Under the pieces are notes generated by a model. That model was not told the origin of the DNA. It did no database searches and was given only the letters and a program-made list of their open reading frames with translations. The translations under genes were made by a program, and so were the position numbers. Source: a virus. Taken from it: a stretch of 64,000 bases of DNA. Positions 28,399 to 40,000 of this stretch are shown piece by piece. Where the stretch lies: positions 28,534 through 92,533 of the IMG/VR virus record IMGVR_UViG_3300020048_000072. The stretch is one strand, 5' to 3'. Positions within the stretch are counted from its first letter, which is position 1. Each line of letters begins with the position of its first letter.

Positions 28399-31300
28399 TT
28401 AACAAGTATTCTCTAATATCCTCCATAATAAATCTGGTCCACAAAACCATTTAGAATACCCTCCGCATGAACATGGTTCGTCTTCGTCTATTGGTGGGCA
28501 TAAACATCCAACAGCGCCAACTTCACATGAATCAATAGGAGGAAAACCAACACAAGTACATCCTTCTGGACAAGTATTACTAAGAGTAATTGTTTGTCCA
28601 TCTTCTGTGTATGTATAAGTACATGTATTAGGAGCTAGTGGATTTCCTGGATCGGCAGTACTTGTAGTAGCACAATCACAAGTCGTACTAGTAGTTGTTG
28701 TATTACTACAGTTTATTGGTTGTGTTTCTCCATTAGTACAACTTGTGTATGTACAATCGCCATTAGCATTGCCACAAAAACTTGGATAAGCACATCTACA
28801 TTCTACTGTCGTTGTAGCAGTATCTTCTGTTATAATTCTGCATCCACAAAAATCTTCTGGAGTTGTGGTCGTTGGAGCTTCTACAGTTGTTGTTGATGTG
28901 GTAGAAGTTGCACAATTATCGGTAACTAAAGTCCAATACTCATTTAATCCATCAATTGTATAAGTAAACTTACATTCATTTTGACATAAAGAGAAATCTT
29001 CTGGAGTTGTAGTAGTTGGAGCTGTAACACAACATTCGCTTATATTAACTAAACATAGTTGATTACCAGTTCCTTCTGACCATAATATTTCTACAGGACC
29101 GTTTACAGAAGAAACTAAAGATGTACTTCCAGGAACTAAAGATGCATGTCTATGTGATCTATTTACTATATTAATTTTAGCAACACATTTGCCAGAAATA
29201 CTAGCCGCCATTATCCCAGCTTTTGTATTACCTTCTAGATCATACCCGCCATTAACATCATTGGTCAAAATAGCGAAACAATCTTTTCCGTCTGTAGTTG
29301 CCCCACTTAGTATTTTATTTACAGGATTATCTGTTAAGTATTGATTTTCGTTTGTGTACTGAGTTAAAGCCTCTCCACAAATCTTTAATACTTCCCCTTT
29401 TAATCTTGGACCACAAGAATCATTTCTAATTTTGATTATATTTTCTTTAGGTACTGCCCAAACTTTTCTGTCTTCATCCCACCTAAAATCAATAGGACCA
29501 GATTTCCAATTATCATACTCGTTTAAATAATTTGTTTTAAATTCTTCCGTTTTATAATCATCATCATCTAGTTTTGCAGGACAGGGTTTTTCATCAATAT
29601 CAAAACCCCAGCCAGACATAACAACTGGACCTTTTAATCCAACTCCTCTATATAATAGGTCTTCTGGTGTTGTAGTTGTAGAAGTTGTGGTTGATCCATC
29701 AGGTGTTGTTGTAGTATCTAAATCAGAAAAAATATCATTAGATATTTGTTCTGTTGGCATTACTCCTTTGAATACAACAGATATATCATGCCCTTTCTTA
29801 AAAGGAAAAAGTGCTGTTGAATCAACGCCATATACATTAATTATACCATTTGAATTAGTTGTTGTAGTAGTATCTAATAATCTACTTTCTTCAATAATAT
29901 ATTTAGGTATTGTTACTCCATTCTCATTAACAACGAATGGTCTAAATATACCATCTAAACTGATTCCGCCTTTATTATAAAATTCTTCTGCTATAAATTG
30001 CCCAACCTGATAATAAGGCATAGCTGCTACTGAGCTAAATTTTTTATTATCATTATCTCTTGTTATAGATTGTCCTATTAACATAGCAGAAGATGAATTA
30101 GGCCTTTCCCTTCTTGGTCTATTTTTTTCTCTTTCTTTTACAGATTGTGCAACCGCTACTATATTTTGAGCATAATTACCATATAAATCTCTTATAGTTT
30201 TATTTTGATCTCTTCGTATACTATATATTTTCTTAAATCTTTCAACTTGATAATTGAGCATCTTTCCTGTTTTTACTGCCCACTTACCATATCTATAACT
30301 TGTTGTTACTCCATCACTCCCAATAGATATATTCATTCCTGTTATATATGGTCCACCACCAGGAATTTGTGCTCCTGGACCAAAGTTAGTAACCCCTGGA
30401 AGACTTAATGCACCATTTGTTCCTTCAATAGAACTTAATAAAATATCTTCCACTAATCTTGTTCCCACAAGATTCATTGCATCAAATCCGCCAAAGTTCC
30501 AGGGATTTAAATCTTGATTATATTCAACTTCTACTTTTCCTGTTACCCCAGCAGCAAACCATGGTCCATATGTTTTTAATGTATTTCTTAATGGAACTAC
30601 TGCAAGGTCTGGATAAACAGGAGTTGCTTTCATTCCATATAATACGTTATCTGAACCAACATTAGCCCAGAACACCTTTGTCACATTAATTTTTAGATCT
30701 TTCTCATTACCATTAATGTCTCTTGGCTGTCTACCTAAAACTTTGAGCCATGCGTCTCTCCACATAAACTCTCTACTCTTCATATCCTCAAATCTATATA
30801 TTGGTCCTGGAAGAGTTATAACAACCCTAGGATCTTCTCCTAAAAACCCATTACCAAAATAAATTTTATTATCAACTTGACATTTTATATAAACGTTTGT
30901 CTTAACTGATACTTCGTCATCCAAATATACATAATCGTAATCAAGAATATAATCTATACCTCTAGATAAATTGCTTAAATCTAGAGTTTGAAAATTATCA
31001 AATTTAACATATGGAATTATCTTTCCCTCTTCATTTTGAACAAAGGAAAAGTATTCTGGTAGTAATCCAGAAGAAATAGCAGCGGCCATTTCTGAATCTT
31101 CTAAATATCCAGATTCTGTTGTTATTAAAGATGTTTCTTTTAATCTAAAATCATCTAGATCCACCTTAACTAAAACATTTGGTATTGATACAGAATATCT
31201 AACACCAAAAAAATCAGTAGCATATCTACGAATAAATTCATAAACCTTATTTACATATTGTCTTGTTTCTTCATTAAAAGAATAAGTTTTATGAATTGCT

Positions 31301-32589
31301 CCTGCAACGTGTGGAGGAACTTGATTTAGTGGTCTTGTTCTAAACTTTGCTTGAAGATCATCTTTTATTTCTGCTTGTATTTGTAGTAAAGAAGCTTTGC
31401 CTTCATGTATACTACCAACATAATCATTTAAAGCTATATAACTTTCCCAAGCGTCTTGATTAATTGAGGCTGCTTTAAGTTCACCTATAGTCATAGTATA
31501 GGTAGCATATCCAATTTCTCTAGCACTAACAGTAATTACTTCATCATCAGTATCAAAACCATCCTCTAATCTTTTACCGAAGATAAGGTTTCCGTTTAAA
31601 TCTTCTCCCCAGAATCTTGCAATGGTTCCATTATCAGTCCATTCTGCCGCAGAAAGAAGTGAAACTTCTTCATTACCTTCATCATTAGTTATAGTCACAG
31701 ATGTATAAGCTCTTGAAGGAAGAGCTAAGTCTCTAAAATATGTTAAATCCATAGGTGCCCCAATCAAAAATTTGGAGCTTGGATTATATGTATATTCTAC
31801 ACCGGCAGATTTATTTATCGCACCATTTACAGAAGAAATATAATCATCTACTGCAGTTGGACTAGGAACAAAATCTCTACTTATTGTTCTGAATTTTATT
31901 ATCCAACCTAATAATCCGCCATCAATTAATTGAACTATATATTCTTTGTTTGCAATATCGCAGCAGTCTTGAATAAAATCTAATAAATTAATAACATTAC
32001 CACCCAACCTATAGTCTTCAGTTATAACTGGTATTTCTGTCAGATCTAGATAATAAGATATTCCACGAAAGACGATTGGTTTTTGTGAAATGGAATTTGG
32101 AATATCTCCAATCATGTATGTAACAAGACCGTTTAGAATCATATCTGATCTCATTCCAAGATCATTAACCAACGAAGATCCATACTCAATATTTTCATAA
32201 AGAGAGAATATATTATATACGTTTTGAACTTCTGTTACTTCTTCTGAGTATCCATTAATTATTAATTGTACACCATCAAGAAATCTTCGTGGATCTACTA
32301 TTGTGGCAGAAATTAATGTATTTCCACCTTCTCCCTGATCCTCAGATAAATTATCTAGTATACCTGCGAAATAAAACGCATTTTCTTCCTCTTCATCATA
32401 AGGATCGTCTGGATCACTTAAAAATATAAATTCTACTGGTCTTCCTACTAATGGAGGATTAAAAGAATCTCCGTTTCTTGTATCTTCTACTAAACTAACA
32501 GTTAAGCTTGTTGGTTGTTCACCCCAACCCATTTCTGCGTTTATTCCACGGATAGAAGCCCCGAGAAATCTTTGTTGTCCAAATGCCAT
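28399..32589 (-). CDS. Large tail-tip/hub-like virion protein with Cys/Thr-rich C terminus
   Basis: Second gene after the tape measure gene; GPIDFRWDEDRKVW; poly-Thr runs between Cys-rich modules. Confidence 0.65.
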   Translation of the reverse strand: MAFGQQRFLGASIRGINAEMGWGEQPTSLTVSLVEDTRNGDSFNPPLVGRPVEFIFLSDPDDPYDEEEENAFYFAGILDNLSEDQGEGGNTLISATIVDPRRFLDGVQLIINGYSEEVTEVQNVYNIFSLYENIEYGSSLVNDLGMRSDMILNGLVTYMIGDIPNSISQKPIVFRGISYYLDLTEIPVITEDYRLGGNVINLLDFIQDCCDIANKEYIVQLIDGGLLGWIIKFRTISRDFVPSPTAVDDYISSVNGAINKSAGVEYTYNPSSKFLIGAPMDLTYFRDLALPSRAYTSVTITNDEGNEEVSLLSAAEWTDNGTIARFWGEDLNGNLIFGKRLEDGFDTDDEVITVSAREIGYATYTMTIGELKAASINQDAWESYIALNDYVGSIHEGKASLLQIQAEIKDDLQAKFRTRPLNQVPPHVAGAIHKTYSFNEETRQYVNKVYEFIRRYATDFFGVRYSVSIPNVLVKVDLDDFRLKETSLITTESGYLEDSEMAAAISSGLLPEYFSFVQNEEGKIIPYVKFDNFQTLDLSNLSRGIDYILDYDYVYLDDEVSVKTNVYIKCQVDNKIYFGNGFLGEDPRVVITLPGPIYRFEDMKSREFMWRDAWLKVLGRQPRDINGNEKDLKINVTKVFWANVGSDNVLYGMKATPVYPDLAVVPLRNTLKTYGPWFAAGVTGKVEVEYNQDLNPWNFGGFDAMNLVGTRLVEDILLSSIEGTNGALSLPGVTNFGPGAQIPGGGPYITGMNISIGSDGVTTSYRYGKWAVKTGKMLNYQVERFKKIYSIRRDQNKTIRDLYGNYAQNIVAVAQSVKEREKNRPRRERPNSSSAMLIGQSITRDNDNKKFSSVAAMPYYQVGQFIAEEFYNKGGISLDGIFRPFVVNENGVTIPKYIIEESRLLDTTTTTNSNGIINVYGVDSTALFPFKKGHDISVVFKGVMPTEQISNDIFSDLDTTTTPDGSTTTSTTTTPEDLLYRGVGLKGPVVMSGWGFDIDEKPCPAKLDDDDYKTEEFKTNYLNEYDNWKSGPIDFRWDEDRKVWAVPKENIIKIRNDSCGPRLKGEVLKICGEALTQYTNENQYLTDNPVNKILSGATTDGKDCFAILTNDVNGGYDLEGNTKAGIMAASISGKCVAKINIVNRSHRHASLVPGSTSLVSSVNGPVEILWSEGTGNQLCLVNISECCVTAPTTTTPEDFSLCQNECKFTYTIDGLNEYWTLVTDNCATSTTSTTTVEAPTTTTPEDFCGCRIITEDTATTTVECRCAYPSFCGNANGDCTYTSCTNGETQPINCSNTTTTSTTCDCATTSTADPGNPLAPNTCTYTYTEDGQTITLSNTCPEGCTCVGFPPIDSCEVGAVGCLCPPIDEDEPCSCGGYSKWFCGPDLLWRILENTC

Positions 32590-32597
32590 TTATTTTC

Positions 32598-34070
32598 CTA
32601 AACTTCGTATGTCCAATTTATAGAATAAGATCCTCTTCCTGTGTAGGGATCATAATTTTCGTTTGGTTGTCCACTAAATGATTGATATGCATTATCAGCA
32701 ACCATAGGATTTAATCCAGAGACTAAATTACTTATCAAATTAAATGGAAACTTAAAATTATTACCAATATTAGTATAGTCCATTGCTGGAGTCTTTACAA
32801 ATTCAATAGTTAGATTTTTTTGTCTAGCTTCTGAAGTTTCTAAAGATTGAAGAACTGGACCAGCAGCCCTCCCTAAAACAAATACACTAGCAAACGATTG
32901 TCCTGGTTTAATATAGGAAACATTTATTACTTCTGATAAAACCCCACTAATTAGTCCACTTGGCCTATTATCATATTCAAACGAATAATTTAATGTTCCT
33001 GCTGCTGGGTTTTTACCAATACTTTCTTGAAGAGGAATAGAATGTAGTATTCCGTTTGATATTTCGTTTAAGAAGTTTTGTGATCTTATATACGGTAGGT
33101 TCCTTCCTGATAAATAACTAAACTTATCAAGAGCATTAGACATTCTATCCATACCAGAAATAGTAACGCTAGGATCTCCAACATCAAGACCCCTAATATT
33201 TCCTTGAATAGATACTGTCTTTATTCCCTGATTAATTCCTTTAGATAGGGATAATTCATAATTCTCTATTGCTCTACCACTAGACAATAACCAGTTTTCG
33301 GTGATAGAATACTCTCCACCCAACTCATCTATATTTTCTGTTTTTGCATAATCATATCCTTGATAATAACCAGGAATGTTATGTATTCCAGAATAAATTA
33401 TTGATGGATCTAATCCTCTTTTACCAAGAACCCAAGATCTTGCATTTTGCCAAGGTTCTCTTCCGCTTAATAAAAATCCACTAGTATCAAATAATCTTTT
33501 ACCATTGGCAGATAATGAGTGAGTTACTCTATAAGTTAATTGATATATTCCACTACCAGACGCATCTTCTCTTTCTTCTGTTGGTTCTATTGACCATGAT
33601 TCTGAGGCATCTTTGATAAGATCGGTATTAGCTTCATCTAGTGGAAATATTTGATTTGCTGTAAGTCCAATAGAATAATCGCAAGTATTATACCATCTAT
33701 CAGCAGGAAAATTAATAGACTGAATTTCTGGATAACATGTTAGTGGATTTGTTCCATCTCCAGAATATATTTCTAATTTCTTTCCATTATTTTCTTTACT
33801 AAATAAAGACTGAATTGCATTTTGTTTTCTTATAATAGATCCGAGCTTAGATTGATCATCAATATTTTCATCTACAGGATATCCACTAAGGCTAGTAAAA
33901 AATACACCGCTGCTATTGGGAGATCCCATAGAATCGATAAATTTCCCCTCTAGAGCGATTTCGTAGTTTTTACTTAGTATAGTTCCATCTGGACTCTTAT
34001 TATAAGAAGATGAAATATTTACTAGTGGAGCAGGGATCAACCTTTTTTCATTAAACCTTATCGAAGTCAT
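32598..34070 (-). CDS. Tail-tip/distal tail-like virion protein
   Basis: Immediately after the tape measure gene; beta-rich, ends YSINWTYEV. Confidence 0.55.
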   Translation of the reverse strand: MTSIRFNEKRLIPAPLVNISSSYNKSPDGTILSKNYEIALEGKFIDSMGSPNSSGVFFTSLSGYPVDENIDDQSKLGSIIRKQNAIQSLFSKENNGKKLEIYSGDGTNPLTCYPEIQSINFPADRWYNTCDYSIGLTANQIFPLDEANTDLIKDASESWSIEPTEEREDASGSGIYQLTYRVTHSLSANGKRLFDTSGFLLSGREPWQNARSWVLGKRGLDPSIIYSGIHNIPGYYQGYDYAKTENIDELGGEYSITENWLLSSGRAIENYELSLSKGINQGIKTVSIQGNIRGLDVGDPSVTISGMDRMSNALDKFSYLSGRNLPYIRSQNFLNEISNGILHSIPLQESIGKNPAAGTLNYSFEYDNRPSGLISGVLSEVINVSYIKPGQSFASVFVLGRAAGPVLQSLETSEARQKNLTIEFVKTPAMDYTNIGNNFKFPFNLISNLVSGLNPMVADNAYQSFSGQPNENYDPYTGRGSYSINWTYEV

Positions 34071-34074
34071 AATA

Positions 34075-37000
34075 TTATACCATTGGTCCTACTTCTGGGA
34101 ATTTTTGTTCTATGAATCTATTTAACTGTGCGTCTGTTGTAGAAACTATCATTTTTTGAATTGAAGGAACCATTTCAGCTAATACTTGACCACCATTCAA
34201 TATAACTTCTACTCTATGATTTCCTGTTAAAGTAATCGTACTAGGAATAGTTGATATGGCTTTAGCTAATGCTGTAGCTGTTGAATTAAATTGAGTAATA
34301 GACGCATTTAAGGCATTAATAGCCGTAGTATCTATTTGTTCAGGTTGTCCTATAGCCGCAGCACCACTAGGAATCATAGGACTCCTTCTTCTAGTATTTA
34401 TAGTTTGTGCTTGTTGAGCCTGTTGATTTATACTATTTCTTTGTTGGGTTGGTATTATTGACCTTTCTTTAATAAAATCATTTCTACCATTTGGCATTCT
34501 TTTTATATTAGAAGAGGTTAATTTAGTCTGCGCTTTGTTTTTAGGATTAATTTTATCTTGTATAAGTTTTGTTGTTCCTGGAAAAAATTTACTAGAACTA
34601 GAATTGTTTCTTATAATAGAATCAAATATAGTAGCAAAAGTCTCTCTTCTTCCACCATCTCCATCTTGTAATAAATATTTAAATCTATCTCTGTCTTTTT
34701 TACTAAGAGAAGAAGAATCTTTCATGTATGCAGCTCTAAATTCTTTACTATCAGATATAGTTCCTTTACCATAATCAAAAGCGTGTCCAGCCTCATGATT
34801 GAATACATTTGCTCCAGAATCATTTCTCATAAAAATTTCTTTTGATGAGCTTCTATACAAACCTTTTATATCCTCAAATTTTGTTCCGGCTTGTCCCCTT
34901 GGACTTTGAGAAGATAAAGAAGGATCAATATCAGTTACTTTATCAGCAGACTTAACAGATACTCCATAATCATTTATTGTTTTAGCTAATTCTTTTGGAA
35001 AATTAAATTTCGTTGCAGCATCTAAAAATGATAGTTGTGATTTTGCTTTACCCTCTGGAACAACGGCAGGTTTTGGAACAACGGCAGGTTTTGGAACAAC
35101 ATCCGGTTTTGGCATAGATGGAAGAATGTCTTTAATATCTGGTTTAACATCAGATCTTATTGGCGTAGGCTTAAAATCATCTTTTATTGGCTGTACTTTT
35201 GGTAATGTAGCTAATCTATCTCTTCTTTTTTGTGCTATTTGTTCTAAAGATAATCCTTTATTTTCATTTGCAACCTTTTCTCTTATAGCGGCTAATTTAT
35301 CAGCATTTGCGGCCCTAAATTCTTCTGCTTTTTTATCTGCAATTTGCCTTGCTTTAAAATCAGCATCTAAATACTGCAGACTATTTAATTCAGAACCACT
35401 ATCCATTCCAAATCTTTTTGAGTCTTTATCGTTTAATTTAAACTTTGGACCATTTAATAGACCCTCTCTTTGAATAGCCTCTCTTTCTCTAAAAGAAGAA
35501 ATTAGTTTTTGTCTTGCCTCTGCAATTGCAGTATTTTTATCTTTTCTATTTGTTCTTAAATTACCTCTTTGCGCACCTCCAGACTCTAATGGATTTCCAC
35601 CATCTAATAGTCTTTGATATTCTTTATTAGCTTCTATAAAAGGTTTAGCTCTTTCCGTTTCTAATGGATCTTTACTAAAACCTTCTGCATCTCTATTTCT
35701 ATTTTTTAGAATATCATCATCACTATATTTCCAGAACTCATAATTTTCTGAGTTTTTAATAAAATCTTCTAATCCATCAAAAGAACGCTTTTCAGGTATT
35801 CTTGGAAGCCATGACGAGTTTCCTTTTTTGTCTACAGGAAATAGATTTTGTCCTTTTATTCCGGTTAGTGATTCAATAGTATTGAAATTATTAAGATCTT
35901 TTATATTTTTAGGAAAATCTTCAGTATAAGTTTCTTGTAATGTTTTAAATATAGATCCAAGAAAACCACCACCTTCATTGTTAAATGGTGCTCTATAAGA
36001 CATATCTTTATCTTGAGATAAATTAAATACATCTTCTATTTTTTTTCTTTTACCATTAAACCCACCATCTTTAAATCCTTTTAAACTTCCTTTATTTAGT
36101 TTGTCTAAAAATCCTACTCCATATTTGTTTACTGCTGATGATTGTACAACATATTCACCATCAGCCAACATTGCTGGTATAGTATCCTTTTTACTAGATC
36201 CATATCCAACACGACCACCAGTACTTCTACCAATAGGGGTGGGAGGAGGAGGGTTATTTGCAGGATTAATTGAATCTAATTTAAGTATTAATACGCGTAT
36301 TGATTCATCCAACTTACCAAATTCTACGTTTTGTGGAAGTCCTTTAATTATTGGTTCTAGTAAAGATAAATTACTAATAATATTAGCTAAATTATCATCA
36401 CCCCCAACTGAGGATGCTAAATTTGATCTATCTATTTCAGTTAATCCAAGATTATCCCGAAGATTCTTTATTATGGTTGGTATTAATTTACTAAAATCAT
36501 TACTAGTTGTAGAAGCAACAATGTCAGAAATTTGTTTATTAAACTGTTCTTTTGATAATTGTGCTCCAGACCTACCTATACTAGTATATCCCTCGCTTAT
36601 AGCATTTTCTATATCTTTAATTATAGAAGCAAATCCTCCGCCTCTTAATTCTGATCCCAAAAAATCTTTTGTTTCTTTATTAACATTAAGATTAGATATT
36701 ATTCCAGATAATATTTCTGAGCCACTTTTTCCAGATACTCCATCTCCTATTACCTTATCAATAGAACCTCTTAATTCTTTTTGTAAAGAACCTAGTCCAG
36801 ATAATTGATTATTAATTTTATTTTGTTCTGTTACAAGATTTTTAATACTATCAAATGAATTAAATACTGTTTGTGGATCAACGCCACTTAAGAAAGATAT
36901 TTTTTCACCAGCTTGCTTCTGTGTATTAAGAGCATTTATATCACCTTTAACAGACAGAGACCTTGTTTCTCTTTCTCTAGTAAATATTTCAGATATTTGT

Positions 37001-40000
37001 ATATTTAATCCTTTTAAGAAAATATCAAATGATGTATCTAAATCGCTAATAAATCTATTGTTCTGCTCACCTTGTTTATTTATTAAAGCTTGTTGAATAG
37101 CATTTGCTTGAATGACACCATTTTGAATCTCTTTTAATAATCTATTTTCTTCTTCTCCAGGGGTTAAGATTCCTTCTTCTTTAATTCCAGCCACACCAAG
37201 TTGACGAGCAAGAATTTTATCTATAGCTTCGTTTCCAGATAATCCTCCTAATGCGCCTATTCTTGTATCACCAAGACTTTGTAAAAGAGATAAAACATCT
37301 TGTCTTAAATCTGGAGGTATAACATCTGCACTTTCTGCTTGAATAGCATTTCTAGCATTTTCAAGAATAAATCCTTGTTTTGCTCTTTCTTGTGGAGTTG
37401 CAAAAACAGATTGAATAGCTAAGTCTCTTTTTGTTAATCTTTCTTTTGTTGCTCCTTCTAATTGCTTTTGTGCTATAGCTGTTCTATTAGAAACATCAGC
37501 TAAAAACTCTAATCCTCTTTTAGCCTTATCTCTTGCAATTTGCTCAGAGTTAATAGAAGAAATTATTCTTTTCCTGGCTTCTAAGTCCTGAGTTTGTGAC
37601 AATTGATTTCTTAGTTCAATTTCTTTATCTTCGCTACTTCTTAAATCTTGAAGTAATCTTCCTGAAGACCTTCCTCCTGTTACAATATTTGTTCTAGTTC
37701 GTTCTAGATTTCTTTGTTCTCCAAAATTTGATTTACCAAGAACACCTGCTCTTATTCCTTGAAATAATTGTCTATTATCGACTTTGGTTAATCTTCTATC
37801 TGTTATTTCTTCAAGACTCTTTCTTGCGTTATCTAAACCTTCAGAGAAATTCTTTAATGCAGTAATAGTTGAAGACTCTAATTGAGTAAAAGTATCTTTA
37901 TTTCTACTAATTAGTCCACTTGAGATTTCATCTATAACACCAACCAAATCTTTATTTATTCTTTCTATAACAGTTTGATCTTTTCCTTCTGGGCCAATAA
38001 TATTTGTTATTTGATCTAATATAGCGTTTCTTACTTCTGTTCCTATGTTTGCATTATCTAATAGAACTGCTAATCTGTCCGTAAAGGCCCCTGTGCCGCC
38101 GCCTAACGGGTCTTGTGCCCTTATCTGTAGTAGTGCATTAGGAAGCAGTTCTATCGCCTTAGCGGCGTCTATACTCGTTTTAGCGAGGCTTCCAGCAGCA
38201 GGACCGAAATTTGATGCAAATTGGTTTAATTGCCCTTCATCTCTTCTTGATGCAACACCAGAGGATATACTATTAAATATGCCGCTTATTCCACTACCAA
38301 AACTAACAGCAGAATTAGTTACTACCTGATTTAATCCAGTAGAGAAATTTTGTAACGAATCAGCAGATGTTTGTGCAGCAGCATTTAATGCTCTTTGAGA
38401 AATAATACCAATCTCTAATTGTCTAATATTTCTTGTAGCATTTTCTAATCCAGAAGTATTTTCATTTTGTCTCTTAATAGCTTCGTCAATAGAAGTGATG
38501 TATTCTTCAAGACTCTTTCCTGTTTTATCTGCAACTAATTGTAAAGTATTAGTAGATACTACAGATCTAAAACTTTCTAAAGAAGAAGAAATAGATCTTG
38601 TCTTATTTATAAAATCAATAAGTCCACTAACTGATGATTCTAGCGTGGCATTAAGACTGTCTCTTGGATCTTTATCTGTTTCTACAACAAGTTGTCCTGT
38701 TATTTTTGCAATAGCATCATTTATTTGAGAACCTATTACTCTAGGATTAGATCCTTGTTGTAAGTCTGATAATCTGTTGCTTAAGCCAACACTAGTTTTT
38801 TCTATATCTATTAGATTTAGTTGTTTCTCAAATTCTTTTTGTGAATTTATATATCCATATATTGCTGCTCCAAGACCAGTTAATGCTGTAACTACACCCG
38901 CTGCAACTGGAGTTATTTTAGCTATTGATGATACCATATTAACAAGAGCAAAACCTCCTAATAATCCAGCACCACCAGCAGTACCAGTACCACCAGCAAC
39001 AAAAGATCTTCTTGTTGAATCAACATCAATATTTTGTCCTTCTCTTAATTTAGATAAATTATCACTAGCGGTTGCACTTAAAACCGATCCAAATGCTGTT
39101 AATATTGTTGCTGAAACAGCAAGACCTATATTTAATCTATTTATTAATTTTTCTTGAGATTCATATTTTGCTTGTAAATCTTTATTTTTTTGTATACGTT
39201 CTTCTTCTTGAGATATTGCCTCTTTTTGTTTCTTTATTAGATTATCTTCTTCAGCTATTTTTCTTTGAATAGATTTTATCTCATTCTTAATAGCATCTTT
39301 TTTATCTAATGCCTGTTGAACAGGAGCCTTTTTAGCATCTATTATAGATTTTTCTTTAATAAAATCATTATTTAGTTTTTGTAATTCTGCATTTCTAGAT
39401 GATCCAGCTGGCCTATTTGTTTTTATAAATTCTCTATCTTTTTTATATTTTTCTGTTAATTTATTTTGATCCTCATTTAATTCACTAAGTCTAATATTTG
39501 GACTTAATTTTTTTAAACTATCTTTAGCTATTTTTGTTTTTTTTGCAAGTTCTTCATTATCTTTAATAAATTTTTTGTCTAAAGATATTAAATACTTATC
39601 CCTAGTTTTTCCTTGTGGAATTGTTTGTTTTACAAGTTCTCTATCATTTTTATATTGATTTAATAAATTATTTTTAACAACACTTACTCTTTTCTTTAAT
39701 TCTTCTGAATCTTCACCACCAACGTTTGTTCTTTTTAGACCTTCATTTAATTGTATTAATCTTTCGTAACTAACGCCTTTTCTTGCAGAAAATCCTTTAT
39801 TAGAAATTTCTAATTCTTGCTTAGCTGCTGATAATCTACCTTCTCCGCTTTCTATTCTTTTCTTTGCGGACTCTATAGCGGTCCCCAATTTAGCTAATCC
39901 AGGAGATCCTGTTTTAATTATAGAACTCATTATAGCAAACTGCAAAACAGCGGCTGTTACTGTTGAAGTTAGTTTGATAGTTTCTTTATCAAGACCACCA

